Shown here piece after piece: positions 53,331-64,000 of a DNA stretch of 64,000 bases. The DNA comes from Nannocystis bainbridge. GTDB taxonomy: Bacteria > Myxococcota_A > Polyangia > Nannocystales > Nannocystaceae. A program made the position numbers and the translations under genes. The stretch is taken from the NCBI RefSeq assembly GCF_028368995.1, contig NZ_JAQNDL010000005.1, positions 320,001-384,000 on the forward strand, given 5' to 3'. Positions within the stretch are counted from its first letter, which is position 1. Each line of letters opens with the position of its first letter. The notes below the pieces were generated by a model, which was given only the letters and a program-made list of their open reading frames with translations, was not told where the DNA came from and did no database searches.

Positions 53331-54170
53331 ATGACCACAGCACGGCGATGGGTCCTCGGCCTCGATCTCGGCGCCTCCTCTCACGGGGCCGCGGCCTTCG
53401 TCCGCTGGCTGCACGAAGCCGGCGAACCGGTGACCAGCGTCCACGTGCTCGAGACCTGGATCCGCGGCTACTTGCGGAGCGACGACCACGAGCGGCTTCA
53501 GGCCGTGCTCGCCCGCACCGCCGCCGACATGGGCCTCGACGCCTCCGGCGACGTTGAGGTGGTCGAGGCCGCGCGCGCCGAGGTCGGCCTCGCGCGCGCT
53601 GCCGAGGGCGCCACCGGCCTCGTCCTCGGTCGCCCCGCGCCGCCCAAGGGCGCCTCTCTTTCACGACTCGGCCCCACCACGCGGCGACTCCTGCGAACCT
53701 TGCCCGCGCCCGTCATCGTCGTCCCGCCCGCCTGGCGCCCCGCCGATGCCGGCCCCGTGCTCGTCGCCACCGACCTCGAGGAGACCAGCGTCGGCGCCGT
53801 CGAGTTCGCCCAGCAATTCGCCGCCCGCCACCGCCGCCCGCTCGAGCTCGTGCACGTCGGCCAGACCCACCACCACGATTTCCTCGCCGCCCTCGAACCC
53901 CGCTGGCTCGCCGCGCGCGAGATCCACCACGCCGACGTCGCCGACGCCGTGCGCGAATGGGCCGTCGAACGCGACCTGCGAGGCACCCGCCACGTCGTCT
54001 ACGGCGAACCATCGCTGCAGATCGCCGCCCTCGCCCAGACCCGCGACGCCGCCCTCGTCGTCGTCGGTTCACGTCGCCTCGGCACGGTCGCCCGCGCATT
54101 CCTCAGCAGCACCGCCTCGGCGCTCGCAAGCTGCGCCACCTGCCCGGTCGCGGTGGTCCCGTCGCGCTGA
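53331..54170 (+). CDS. tandem universal stress protein
   Basis: VLGLDL..SS, LVLGR..LGPTTRRLLR..APVIVVP, VLVATD, LVVVGSR...FLSSTA...CPVAVVP. Confidence 0.92.
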   Translation: MTTARRWVLGLDLGASSHGAAAFVRWLHEAGEPVTSVHVLETWIRGYLRSDDHERLQAVLARTAADMGLDASGDVEVVEAARAEVGLARAAEGATGLVLGRPAPPKGASLSRLGPTTRRLLRTLPAPVIVVPPAWRPADAGPVLVATDLEETSVGAVEFAQQFAARHRRPLELVHVGQTHHHDFLAALEPRWLAAREIHHADVADAVREWAVERDLRGTRHVVYGEPSLQIAALAQTRDAALVVVGSRRLGTVARAFLSSTASALASCATCPVAVVPSR

Positions 54171-54299
54171 ACGAACATCCGCCCTGCCAGCCACGAGGAC
54201 GGCGCTCGAGCACCACCCGGTGATCAAGCACGGCCTGCGAGCGGACCTCCGCGGCCCAGCGCGCAAGGTCCATCAAAGTGCTCTCGAGCTTGCGGCCTC

Positions 54300-54700
54300 C
54301 CCGTCTCCGCGTCGCGCAGGCGCTCATCATCAGCCGGCCCCAGCAGCAGCGCCTTGCCACCCACCCGCCGGTCGAACGCCCGCAGCATCCGCCCGCCGCC
54401 CGGCCAACTACGATCGGCCCCTCGCCCAGCTCGTCGAGGATCACCGGCTCGCTCGCCAGCCGGCTCGCCTCGTACGCCCTCGCCTGCCCGCCGACCGCGA
54501 TTACTGCCACCAGTGCCCGCGGCGGCAGCGGCGAATCGCTGGTGTCCACCACCGTCGAGAGCTTGTCGATGCCCGGCTCCCAGTCGCGCTCGTCGCTGTC
54601 CGAACGGCCAGGTTCTCCCAGTAACACCTGCCCCGCCGGAAAATCCATTTCAAACCGTGCGACCGTCAGCTCGTCGTCATGAACCTGCTCGAGCCTCACC
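54300..54700 (-). pseudogene. partial, frameshifted duplicate of the DUF3179 gene
   Basis: Near-identical to about 57395-57800 (FPAGQVLLGEPGR...ARAYEASRLASEPVILDELGE). Has a 1-nt deletion near 54406, and lacks the 5' half and the Sec codon. Confidence 0.85.
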
Positions 54701-54716
54701 CGCGCGCGGCGGTGAA

Positions 54717-56807
54717 TCAATTGCCGCGGGTCTGCAGCGCCTCGGCGAGGCCCGGCACGTGCTCCGCGCCGACTCTGACCTCGATGCTCGCACCATTCTT
54801 GAAATCGTCGCCGATCGGCTGATAGGAGCCGCCGAGGCAGCGGGCGAGGAACGCTTCGGTGACCGCGTTGAACGAGATCTCGTTGGCGGGCTGCTGGAAG
54901 CCATGGCCCTCGTCCGGATACAGCACGTAGGTCACCGGCAGGCCCTTGGCCTGCATCGCCGCGACGATCTGGTCCGACTCGGCCTGCTTGACCCGCGGGT
55001 CGTTCGCGCCCTGGCCGATCAGGAGCGGGCGCTCGATCTTGTCGACCCGGTGCAGCGGCGAGCGCTCGTGCAGCAGGGCGCGGCCCGCCTCCGTGCCGAA
55101 GTCGCCGACGCGGGCGGCGAAGCGCGCCGCCTTGGCCGCCCAGTACGGCGGCACGCTGCGCAGCAGCGTCTCGAGGTTCGAGGGGCCGACGACGTCGACC
55201 CCGCAGGCGAACACGTCCGGCGTGAAGGTCAGGCCGACCAGCGTCGCGTAGCCGCCGTAGCTGCTGCCCATGATCGCTACGCGCGCGGGGTCGCTGATCT
55301 TCTTCGCGTTGGCCCAGGCGACCGCGTCGAGCAGGTCGTCGTGCATCTTGCCGGCCCACTCGTGGTCGCCGGCGTTCAGGTGGCGCTTGGTGAAGCCGGC
55401 CGAGCCGCGGAAGTTGACGCTCAGCACCGCGTAGCCGCGGCTGGCGAGCCATTGATGGACCGCGTCGAAGCCCCACTCGTCGCGCGTCCACGGGCCGCCA
55501 TGGACCAGCAGGACCAGCGGGACGGGCGCGCTCGGCAGGCCGTCGCCGTCGGGGTCTGCGGCCGCCGGCAACGTGTAGAAGCTGACCAGCTCGAGGCCGT
55601 CGCGCGCGGGGATGACGACCGGGTGCATCTTGCGGAGGGTAAGCGCGGCGAGCTCGGCGTCGGCGACGAACAGCAGGTCGGCCCGGCGGGTCGTGCGGTC
55701 GTAGCGGTAGTAGCGGTTCGGGCCGGTGTCGAGGCGGTAGGCGACGATCCACTGCCGGCCGTCGAGGGTTTGGCTGGTGATCGTGAAGTCGCCGTCGCTG
55801 ACCTCGCGCAGCGCGGCGAGGTCGGCCTCGACCGCCGGGTCGAGCGCCTGCCACCGCTGGCGCATGTGCGTGAAAGTGACAGCGAGCGGGCGATGCGTCC
55901 GGGGCTCGGTGAGGACGAAGTCGACGCCGGTCTTCGCGTCCTCGGCGAGCACCTGCTGCTTGCCGGTGCGCACGTCGCGGGCGATCAGCACCTCGGTCTC
56001 GCGGTCGCGGCTGTCGAGCAGGTACAACGTCTCACCGGTCGCGTCGACCCCGATCGGGCTGGTCGTCATCCCGTCCTCGAGGCCGATCGCAAACACCCGC
56101 TGCCAGTCCTTGCCCTTCGGCGCCAGCAGCTCGCTGCTGCCGTCGGCCAGCTCGCGCATGGCGAAGCGGAGCTTGTACTGATCATCGGCGATGTAGCGGG
56201 CGATCCGCTGCTCGTTGCGGTGGACCAGGGTGCGCGCGCCGGTCCGCACGTCGACGCGGTAGAGATCGTGCCACGCCGGATCGCGGTCGTTCATGCCGAC
56301 CAGGATCTCGCGCGGCCGACGGGGGCTGACCCCGACGATCTGCGCGCTCACGCCAGGGTGAGGGCTGAGGTCCCGCGACTCGCCGGTCGCCGGGTCGACC
56401 GCGTACAGGTGCCAGTTCTCGTCGCCGACCCGGTCTTGCAGGTAGAGCACGCGCTCTCCGTCGGCGCTCCACTCGGTCTGGAAGATGCTGCGGCGGTCCT
56501 GGGTGATCGGTTTGGCCGCGTCGGGCTGGCCGGCAGGGCCGACCCAAACGTTGAGCACGCCGTCGACCGGAGCGAGGTACAGGAGGCGCGCGCCGTCGGG
56601 GCTGAGCTGAGGGGCCTCGCGGTCGGGGTTGCCGAACAGCACGCTGCGGGGGATGAGCGTCGGATCGGCCCGGCCGGACGGGGCCGCCGCCGTGGGGGCG
56701 ACCGGCGGCCCTGCTGCGGGTCCGCTCTCGGGGGAGCCGATACGCGCCGCGCAGGCGAAGGCGGTCAGGGCGAGCGAGGTGAGCAGGAGTCGGGTGCGGG
56801 CGGGCAT
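54717..56807 (-). CDS. S9 family peptidase (dipeptidyl aminopeptidase/acylaminoacyl peptidase), probable lipoprotein
   Basis: LIPRSVLFGNP, VHGGPW, NFRGSAGF, GSSYGGY (Ser), GANDPRV (Asp), DEGHGF (His). Lipobox AFAC. Confidence 0.96.
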   Translation of the reverse strand: MPARTRLLLTSLALTAFACAARIGSPESGPAAGPPVAPTAAAPSGRADPTLIPRSVLFGNPDREAPQLSPDGARLLYLAPVDGVLNVWVGPAGQPDAAKPITQDRRSIFQTEWSADGERVLYLQDRVGDENWHLYAVDPATGESRDLSPHPGVSAQIVGVSPRRPREILVGMNDRDPAWHDLYRVDVRTGARTLVHRNEQRIARYIADDQYKLRFAMRELADGSSELLAPKGKDWQRVFAIGLEDGMTTSPIGVDATGETLYLLDSRDRETEVLIARDVRTGKQQVLAEDAKTGVDFVLTEPRTHRPLAVTFTHMRQRWQALDPAVEADLAALREVSDGDFTITSQTLDGRQWIVAYRLDTGPNRYYRYDRTTRRADLLFVADAELAALTLRKMHPVVIPARDGLELVSFYTLPAAADPDGDGLPSAPVPLVLLVHGGPWTRDEWGFDAVHQWLASRGYAVLSVNFRGSAGFTKRHLNAGDHEWAGKMHDDLLDAVAWANAKKISDPARVAIMGSSYGGYATLVGLTFTPDVFACGVDVVGPSNLETLLRSVPPYWAAKAARFAARVGDFGTEAGRALLHERSPLHRVDKIERPLLIGQGANDPRVKQAESDQIVAAMQAKGLPVTYVLYPDEGHGFQQPANEISFNAVTEAFLARCLGGSYQPIGDDFKNGASIEVRVGAEHVPGLAEALQTRGN

Positions 56808-57256
56808 CGGTGGAGGACCACGCCGGCGCGCCGGCGAGGTCTCCTTGGACCCGGGGCGAGCGGTGTTCGGTTTCAGGTCGGCCCAGGGCCGCGAGGCGGG
56901 GGTGGGCTCGTCGCTCGCCGCCTGTGAATCCACGAGGCGCTCTCCGGCAGGGGCTATCGACTTGCACCGGCGGGCGATTCGTGCCGGCGTACGAATGCAT
57001 CCATGTCTCTCGGATATAATGATCATAGGGGCATGTTCTCGTGAGCGCCGAGCAGCACGCCGCGATGCGCGGTTTGCGCACCCATCGCGCGCCTCGTAAT
57101 GATGTTGCCGCCGTTCGTCATGCAGACGCCTGGTCATCCGACGACGCTGAGGGGCTCAAGCCCGCAAGGTCCATGGTACAGCGGATGACGAACTTCAAGG
57201 CGGGCGAGGCGGGCGAGATCCATTCGCCGGTGCTCCCGCGCAGGCGGACGCAGGTA

Positions 57257-58450
57257 TTATCGATAAATGCTGGTCGTAGGGTTATACGCCCGCCAGTCGA
57301 ACCAATAGTCCCAAAGGACAGGCACGGCCGGCATACACACCTTCGAGCTAGCGTGCGGCCCCTCGACCGCGCAGCCGCGGAAATCCCACAGGCTCCCGCT
57401 CTCGGCGTCGCGCAGGTGCTCCACGTCAGCCGGCGCCAGCAGCAGCGCCTTGCCATCCACACGCCGATCGAACACCCGCAGCATCCGCCCGCCGCCCGAC
57501 CACAGCACGATCGGCACCTCGCCCAGCTCGTCGAGGATCACCGGCTCGCTCGCCAGCCGGCTCGCCTCGTACGCCCTCGCCTGCCCGCCGACCGCGATCC
57601 CAGCCACAAGTGCCCGCGGCGGCAGCGCCGAATCGCTGGTGTCCACCACCGTCGGCAGCTTGTCGATCCCCGGCTCCCAGTCGCGCTCGTAGCTGTCCGT
57701 ACGGCCAGGTTCTCCCAGCAGCACCTGCCCCGCCGGGAACTCCGTCGTAAACCGCGCGATCGTCAGCTCATTACTATGAACCTGATCGAGCTTCGCCCCG
57801 CGCATCGACCCGGCGATGCACTCGCCGCTGACCTGCTGCCAGAAGCTCCCCGTCTCCTCGTCGCGCATGAGGAAGTTCTGGTTGTGGATCCCCGCGAGGT
57901 GGAAAGTCAGCGTCTTGCCCTGGATTGTCCGCGCCCACACTAGACCAGTGTGGCAGAGCGTTCAATATGTCACGACGAGCGCCGTATCCCCCACGTAATC
58001 ATTCAACACATGGTGATACGCCATCACCTCGACCGGGTACCCCCGCGCCTGCTCCCCGACGCGCACTGCCATCACCATCGCATCGTCCGGCAGCCCCGAT
58101 TCGCCGGCCGCCGCGAACCTCGGCGCCGGCATCGGCGCGAACATTTTTTCAAACACGTTGATCCGCGACAGCGCCCCCGCGCCGATCGTCAGCACCAGCA
58201 TCACCACCGCCCCGGCGCGCCGCCACCAGCCGCCGGGCCACGCGCGCGCCACCGCGACGCCCGCCAACAAACCTGCCCCGAGGAGCAACCACGGCCCGAA
58301 GCGCAGCACCCACAGCGCCACTGCCAGCTCGGTCGGGCCTTGCGGGCGGAACGGGCGCATCACCCACAGCGGGGTGACGAGCGTCGCCACGGCGACGAGC
58401 AGCGCGCCGAGGCCGAGCAGGACGAACGGACGACGGGTCGAGGAGGTCAT
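57257..58450 (-). CDS. DUF3179 domain selenoprotein (in-frame TGA = Sec, UxxC)
   Basis: ORFs 57962..58450 and 57257..57940 are in the same frame. Read-through gives HHVLNDYVGDTALVVTY-U-TLCHTGLVW...NFLMRDEETGSFWQQ, 397 aa. Confidence 0.88.
57935..57953 (-). promoter_or_regulatory. bacterial SECIS hairpin candidate
   Basis: mRNA CCACACU-GGUCU-AGUGUGG, a 7-bp perfect stem. The loop starts 16 nt after UGA and GGUCU matches the E. coli fdhF apical loop. Confidence 0.8.
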
Positions 58451-58615
58451 GACGCCGAGGTTACACCCGCACCCTCGCCCTGTCGCCTCCTCGCTTCACC
58501 GGTCCTCGGTCAGGTATCGGTCCCACAGCTCGCCCAGGGTCGGGCACTCTCTTCGGGCTCTGGAGGGTGCGGCTGCCTTCTTCGTGGGTTGCGGTCTCCT
58601 TTCCCATGCCAGCCG

Positions 58616-59263
58616 CTACGGAGGCGGCGGGCGAATGGGGGAGCTTTCGTCGAGGACGAGGGCGCGCGAGAATGCGTAACCGACGACGCTCCAGCCCCAC
58701 ACGCTGCTGTAGAAGAAGCCGACGCCAGCCGCGAGGAGGCCAAGCGGCGTGAGTGCCATGGCGGCGCCGGCGATGGCCCAGGCGCGAAGGTATGAGGAGC
58801 CGCCGTCCAGCGCTCGCCGCAACGCCTTATCCGGTCGGTACAAATAGGAGAGATCGTTGAATGCTGCGTTGTAGGTCATCCCGCCGGGCAGCGCATAGAT
58901 CGCGATCAGGAAGCATGCGAGCGCGAGCGGGCCTGTCACCCAGATCAGGGCCGAGTACGCATGGCAGTGAAGGACCGCGGTCGCGCCCGCGAGGAGGATG
59001 GCGGGCGTGAGATAGACGGTGATCGCCGCGAAGGCGCGGAGCCCTCGGCGCAAGGTGTGACCCCAGGGCGCGAAGCCGCGGAAGTACGGCGGTTCGTCGT
59101 GATATACCCGGTAGACGACATCCAGACGGTGACCGAGATTGAGAATCCAGCCCAGCAGGGGGAGTAGAAGCAACGTACCCCCCAGCAGCACGTCACGCCG
59201 CCCCTCGGGGGTGCTGATGGGGAAAGCGAAGCACTCGCGGAGACTCGGGGCGGGGCGGCGCAT
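58616..59263 (-). CDS. DUF4013-like membrane protein
   Basis: LLGGTLLLLPLLGWILNLGH...P...W..LRRGL..F.ITVYL.P, multiple TM helices. Confidence 0.75.
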   Translation of the reverse strand: MRRPAPSLRECFAFPISTPEGRRDVLLGGTLLLLPLLGWILNLGHRLDVVYRVYHDEPPYFRGFAPWGHTLRRGLRAFAAITVYLTPAILLAGATAVLHCHAYSALIWVTGPLALACFLIAIYALPGGMTYNAAFNDLSYLYRPDKALRRALDGGSSYLRAWAIAGAAMALTPLGLLAAGVGFFYSSVWGWSVVGYAFSRALVLDESSPIRPPPP

Positions 59264-59274
59264 GCGAAGGACCT

Positions 59275-59409
59275 TCAGACCTTCCGCCTGGTGGGCGCGG
59301 CGAGGCCGACGATGCCCAACGCTTGGAGTGCATCGCCCCGTCCAACCACCGCGTACAGGGCGATGAAGCCGACGAGGACGCAGCCGATCCAGGTGACGGG
59401 CAGCGGCAT
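59275..59409 (-). CDS. small membrane peptide or gene fragment (44 aa)
   Basis: MPLPVTWIGCVLVGFIALYAVVGRGDALQALGIVGLAAPTRRKV*, GC3-rich, stops 12 nt before the DUF4013 start. Confidence 0.45.
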   Translation of the reverse strand: MPLPVTWIGCVLVGFIALYAVVGRGDALQALGIVGLAAPTRRKV

Positions 59410-59582
59410 CCTGGGCAGGGGACCACGGCTCGACCTGCGGAGCAAGTGCCGCCGTCGACCGCGCTCCCGGCCGCTACGAGGCCCGTTGCTCACCGCCAGC
59501 GGCCGCGCGTGCTCCTCGTCCGCAGGCAGATTCCCCGACCCGCGCCGCCATCTCGCAGCCTCGCCCTGTCGCCTCCCTCGCT

Positions 59583-60167
59583 TCACCGCTTGCGATCCGG
59601 CGCCAGCGGGTCCTCCCCCCATTCGGGCTCGAACTGCCCGCCGAGCCCGTCCACCAGCCGATTGTAATAGTTGAAAAGCGCCGTGATCTGCACGATTTGG
59701 TGGATCGCCACGTCGTCGAACCCGTGCTCCCGCAGCCCCGCGATCTGCCGCTCACCGATCGCCTTGCTGTCCCGCGTCAACGCCACTGCCACGTCGATCA
59801 TCGCCCGGTCGGCCGGCGACAGCGCGGCGTGGTCCGGGTCGCGCTCGAGCGCGTCGGCGATCGCGTGGACATCTGGTTGTGCCTCGACCTCGGCCCGGAG
59901 GTCGTCGCTGTGCGCGCGCGTTCAATACACGCACTTGTTGGTGCGGGACACCGCGACCGCGATCATCTCGCGCTGGGCCCGTGACAGCGGCCCGGGGCCG
60001 AACATCAGTTCGCGGTACAGGTCGAGCGACGCCTGCAGGACGCGCGGCTGCACGCTCTGGATCCGCAGCACGTGGAAGATCTTGCCGGCGCGCGCCAGCG
60101 CGGCGCGGTAGATCCGCGCCAGGAGGCCGTCTGCGTGGTCGGGGTCGACGATACGGATCCATGCCAT
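59583..60167 (-). CDS. AhpD/CMD-like peroxidase-related selenoprotein (in-frame TGA = Sec, CxxU)
   Basis: ORFs 59922..60167 and 59583..59801 are in frame. Read-through gives LSRAQREMIAVAVSRTNKCVY-U-TRAHSDDL...LREHGFDD...FNYYNRLVDGLG, 194 aa. Confidence 0.9.
59885..59904 (-). promoter_or_regulatory. bacterial SECIS hairpin candidate
   Basis: mRNA CGACCUC-CGGGCC-GAGGUCG, a 7-bp stem with a G-containing loop starting 25 nt after UGA. Confidence 0.65.
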
Positions 60168-60271
60168 GCCGGCACTGTACCGCGAACGCCGCCCTGCCGG
60201 ACAGGTGCACGCCCTCTCGGCCCCTCGCTATCCTCTGCCCTCGCGCCGGCCAACCGGGCTATCCTCCGCCG

Positions 60272-61117
60272 GTGCGCCTCGCCTGGGCGACCGACATCCA
60301 CCTCGATTTCCTCGACGACGAGCAGGTGCGGCGGTTCGCCGCCGAGCTCGCCGCGCCGCGGGCCGACGCGCTCGTGCTGAGCGGCGACCTCTCGCACGCC
60401 GAGACCCTCGAGCACCACCTGCGCCTGCTCGCGCAGGGCGTGCCCGGGCCGATCTACTTCGTCCTCGGCAACCACGACTACTACGGCAGCTCCGTCGCCG
60501 CCGTGCGGACCGCCGTGCTCGACCTCGGGGCACGCCGACCGCGGCTCTCCTGGCTGCCGGCCGCTGGCGTCGTGCGCCTGACCGATCGCACGGGTCTGAT
60601 CGGCTGCGACGGCTGGGCCGACGCGCGGATCGGCAACCCCGCGACCACGCCCGTCGTGCTCAACGATTTCTTCCACATCGAGGAGCTGGCCGACACCCTC
60701 GATCCGGCCGCGCGCGCCGACCCGCGGCAGTTCTTCCGCGGCAGCGACCGCGGCCGCTTGCACGCCGAGCTGCGGGCCCGCGGCGACGCCGAGGCCGCCA
60801 CCTTGCGCCCGCTCCTGCGCGACGCCCTGCACGAGTTCGAGGCCGTCGTCGTCGTCACCCACGTGCCCCCGTTCGCCGAGGCGTGCTGGCACGACGGCCG
60901 CCACTCCGACGGCGACTGGCAGCCCTACTTCACCTGCGCCGCCGTCGGCGACGTCCTGCGCGACGCCGCCGCGGCCTGGCCTGGCCGCCAGATCACCGTC
61001 CTGTGCGGCCACACCCACGGCGCCGGCGAGGCGCGGATCCTCGCTAACCTCAGCGTGCTCACCGGCGCGGCCGAGTACCGCCGCCCGGCCCTCCAGCGCG
61101 TGATCGACGTCGCCTGA
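60272..61117 (+). CDS. calcineurin-like metallophosphoesterase
   Basis: ATDIH, SGD, LGNHD, THVPP, CGHTH. Confidence 0.93.
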   Translation: MRLAWATDIHLDFLDDEQVRRFAAELAAPRADALVLSGDLSHAETLEHHLRLLAQGVPGPIYFVLGNHDYYGSSVAAVRTAVLDLGARRPRLSWLPAAGVVRLTDRTGLIGCDGWADARIGNPATTPVVLNDFFHIEELADTLDPAARADPRQFFRGSDRGRLHAELRARGDAEAATLRPLLRDALHEFEAVVVVTHVPPFAEACWHDGRHSDGDWQPYFTCAAVGDVLRDAAAAWPGRQITVLCGHTHGAGEARILANLSVLTGAAEYRRPALQRVIDVA

Positions 61118-61120
61118 TGC

Positions 61121-61295
61121 GACATGTCCCTCGGGACATGTCCACGCTCACCGATCCTGCCGCCGTGCTGCGGCGATAGACATGTCCTTCGAGACATGTC
61201 CGAGATCACCGCTCGATCTCCCCGCCTCAGCGGCTTACTCGAAGCCTCTACATGTCCTTCGGGCCATCGACATGCCCCTCAGGACATGTCCCGGG

Positions 61296-61301
<6 letters not shown>
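61121..61301. repeat. three 33-bp direct repeats built on the TGTCC-N4-GGACA unit
   Basis: GACATGTCCCTCGGGACATGTCCACGCTCACCG (61121), GACATGTCCTTCGAGACATGTCCGAGATCACCG (61179), GACATGCCCCTCAGGACATGTCCCGGGTCATCG (61269). Extra unit at 61253. Confidence 0.85.
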
Positions 61302-62342
<1,041 letters not shown>

Positions 62343-62630
62343 AGATCTCCGGGCCGCTCGTGGCCTCCAGCCCGCAGCGCGGCTTCGATCGGGGCGCGAG
62401 CGCCCCCGTCTCGGTCCCGGGGAATCGTCGTTTCTCGCTCCCCGTCACGCCCGGGCCACGCGCGTGCGCGCGCACGATGCACTCATGCCATTGGCCGCGA
62501 ATCTTGAGACTAGCGGCAATGTCTACACATTGGCCCGAGACGCCGCGAGCGACAGCGAGTTCGCCTGCTTGTTCGTCGACGTCGCGGGCGACGGATCGGT
62601 CGATCCGTCGCCCGCGAGCTCGCCCGCCGC

Positions 62631-63674
62631 TCAGGGGTGACCGAGGTCGGCGTAGGCGTTCCGCGACACCCGCATGTAGTTGGTCGGCGAGTGGTCGCCC
62701 CACGAGAACGTCATCGGCGGCGACATCGACAGGTACAGCGCGTCCTTGGCACAGGCCAGCGCCCCGATCACGTTCGCCGTCAGCCGCGCCCGCAGCTCGC
62801 GGTCGAGCCGCATCTCGTCGACCCATACGCCGTCGCGGCTCGTCGACACCAGCTGGCGACCGAAGTGCATGTAGCGCCCGACCGAGCGCGGCGGCATCTT
62901 CGTGACGTAATCGTTCTCGTACATGAAGCGATACGTCTTGTCGCCGAACTGTTTTTCGAGGGTCCTGGCGAGCGTCGGGTCGGCGAACATCGCCGGGCCG
63001 TAGGCGTACAGCCCGCGCACCAGCTTGCGCATGGGCGCGAACTTCGGGTCGATATAGATACCGGCCGTCGCCATACCGGCGAGCGAGCCGCCCGTGCTGT
63101 GCCCGGTGATGTAGAGCGCCTCGAGCGTCGGCTTCTTCTTGCCGATCTGCTCGACCTCGCTCTCGGGCCGCTTCCCCGGCTTCTTCGGGGACAGCTCGAC
63201 CAGCCGCTTGCCGAGCGGCTTGCCCGTGTACAACGCTGCCAGGAATTCGCGCAGGGTCGGCCACAGGGCCATGCCGCTGCGATAGAGCCCGCCGTGCGCC
63301 GAACCGACCGACGGGAACGGCACCATCGTGCCCCGCGGATCGGTGAGCCAGCGGATGATGTCGTCCTGCTCCACGCCGCGGAGCGTCAGGATCCCGAGCT
63401 TCTTGTCGGCGCTCTGGAACAGGTAGGCCGCCGCGTCGACGAGCACCGCGTCGTTGCGCACGCGGACGCCGACGACCTCGCCGTCGAGGCCCAGCTGACA
63501 CAGCCGGTCGGTGTACGTCGTCAGGCCGCCGTACGACCAGGCCGACGCGATCGACAGCACCTCCACGACGCCGTGGTCGTATTGACCCTCGTCGACGCCG
63601 TCGATCAGATGTTCCGCCAGATCGCCCTTCTTCTTGGTCCCCGGGCACTTCGTGAATGCATGTTCGAGCCGCAT
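62631..63674 (-). CDS. class 3 lipase family alpha/beta hydrolase
   Basis: ILTLRG, AHGGL, LYITGHSTGG, YAYGP, DYVTKMP, DHS..NY. Confidence 0.88.
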   Translation of the reverse strand: MRLEHAFTKCPGTKKKGDLAEHLIDGVDEGQYDHGVVEVLSIASAWSYGGLTTYTDRLCQLGLDGEVVGVRVRNDAVLVDAAAYLFQSADKKLGILTLRGVEQDDIIRWLTDPRGTMVPFPSVGSAHGGLYRSGMALWPTLREFLAALYTGKPLGKRLVELSPKKPGKRPESEVEQIGKKKPTLEALYITGHSTGGSLAGMATAGIYIDPKFAPMRKLVRGLYAYGPAMFADPTLARTLEKQFGDKTYRFMYENDYVTKMPPRSVGRYMHFGRQLVSTSRDGVWVDEMRLDRELRARLTANVIGALACAKDALYLSMSPPMTFSWGDHSPTNYMRVSRNAYADLGHP

Positions 63675-64000
63675 GTCTCGCCTCCGATCCGGGTATTGGG
63701 CTCCGGACTCGACCGAGGTTCATGGATCGACCGGATCGCGGTGCAACGATAAAAAGCGCGTCATGTCGGCCGCGCCGCCCGCGGTTCACATTCGAGCCAG
63801 GCGTCGCTCGCAATGGCCGTATCGGGCCGAGATTCGCTATGGGCCGCGCGCGAGCGCCCGGGTCACGCGACCGCCTGCGCGGCGGCCGGGACGGCGACCT
63901 CGATCGCGCACGCGGGGCGAGTCAGGCGCCTATGTCGAATGTCCCTTGGGACAGCTATGAACATGCGCTTTCGGTCAGCCAGCGCTCGCCGCGTCGACCA

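Noticed and set aside
57962-59924. Alternative genetic code (UGA=Trp/Gly) or simple nonsense pseudogenes as explanation for the in-frame TGAs
   Set aside because: Most genes in the window end in TGA. Both internal TGAs fall exactly on redox Cys positions and are followed by hairpins.
61134-61143. GGACATGTCC junctions match the eukaryotic p53 half-site RRRCWWGYYY
   Set aside because: The match arises automatically from abutting two palindromic units. No relevance in a bacterial genome.

Overview
High-GC (roughly 70-73% by eye) myxobacterial-type chromosomal window; the gene content suggests a Nannocystis/Polyangia-like organism, which is inference. It holds about 55 genes: three Ser/Thr kinases, two ECF sigma factors, Cys-rich lipoproteins, a DUF1552/DUF1592 pair, FIST and STAS sensors, a PLD-helicase-DUF3427 (SauUSI-like) nuclease, a Baeyer-Villiger monooxygenase, an S9 peptidase and a class 3 lipase. 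A lower-GC patch at about 17-19.5 kb carries IS66 remnants and a bacteriocin/immunity-like gene pair. Main signals: (1) A 14-bp palindrome TGTCC-N4-GGACA occurs at least 12 times perfectly and about 20 more times degenerately. It appears singly, in head-to-tail 14-bp arrays, in regularly spaced clusters, and inside coding sequences where it forces rare codons; I do not recognise it as a described element. (2) Two genes split by in-frame TGA (DUF3179 with UxxC, AhpD-like with CxxU) each have a SECIS-like hairpin and are probable selenoproteins. (3) A protoglobin-kinase/NtrC oxygen-sensing module has five sigma54 promoters, each preceded by paired GCA-N5-TGC boxes, plus a GAFTGA-less NtrC paralogue. 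(4) A fungal Tos1/DUF2403-like lipoprotein is co-transcribed with a GH128 glucanase. No rRNA, tRNA or true CRISPR array was seen. All family calls come from motif recognition by eye, not database searches.
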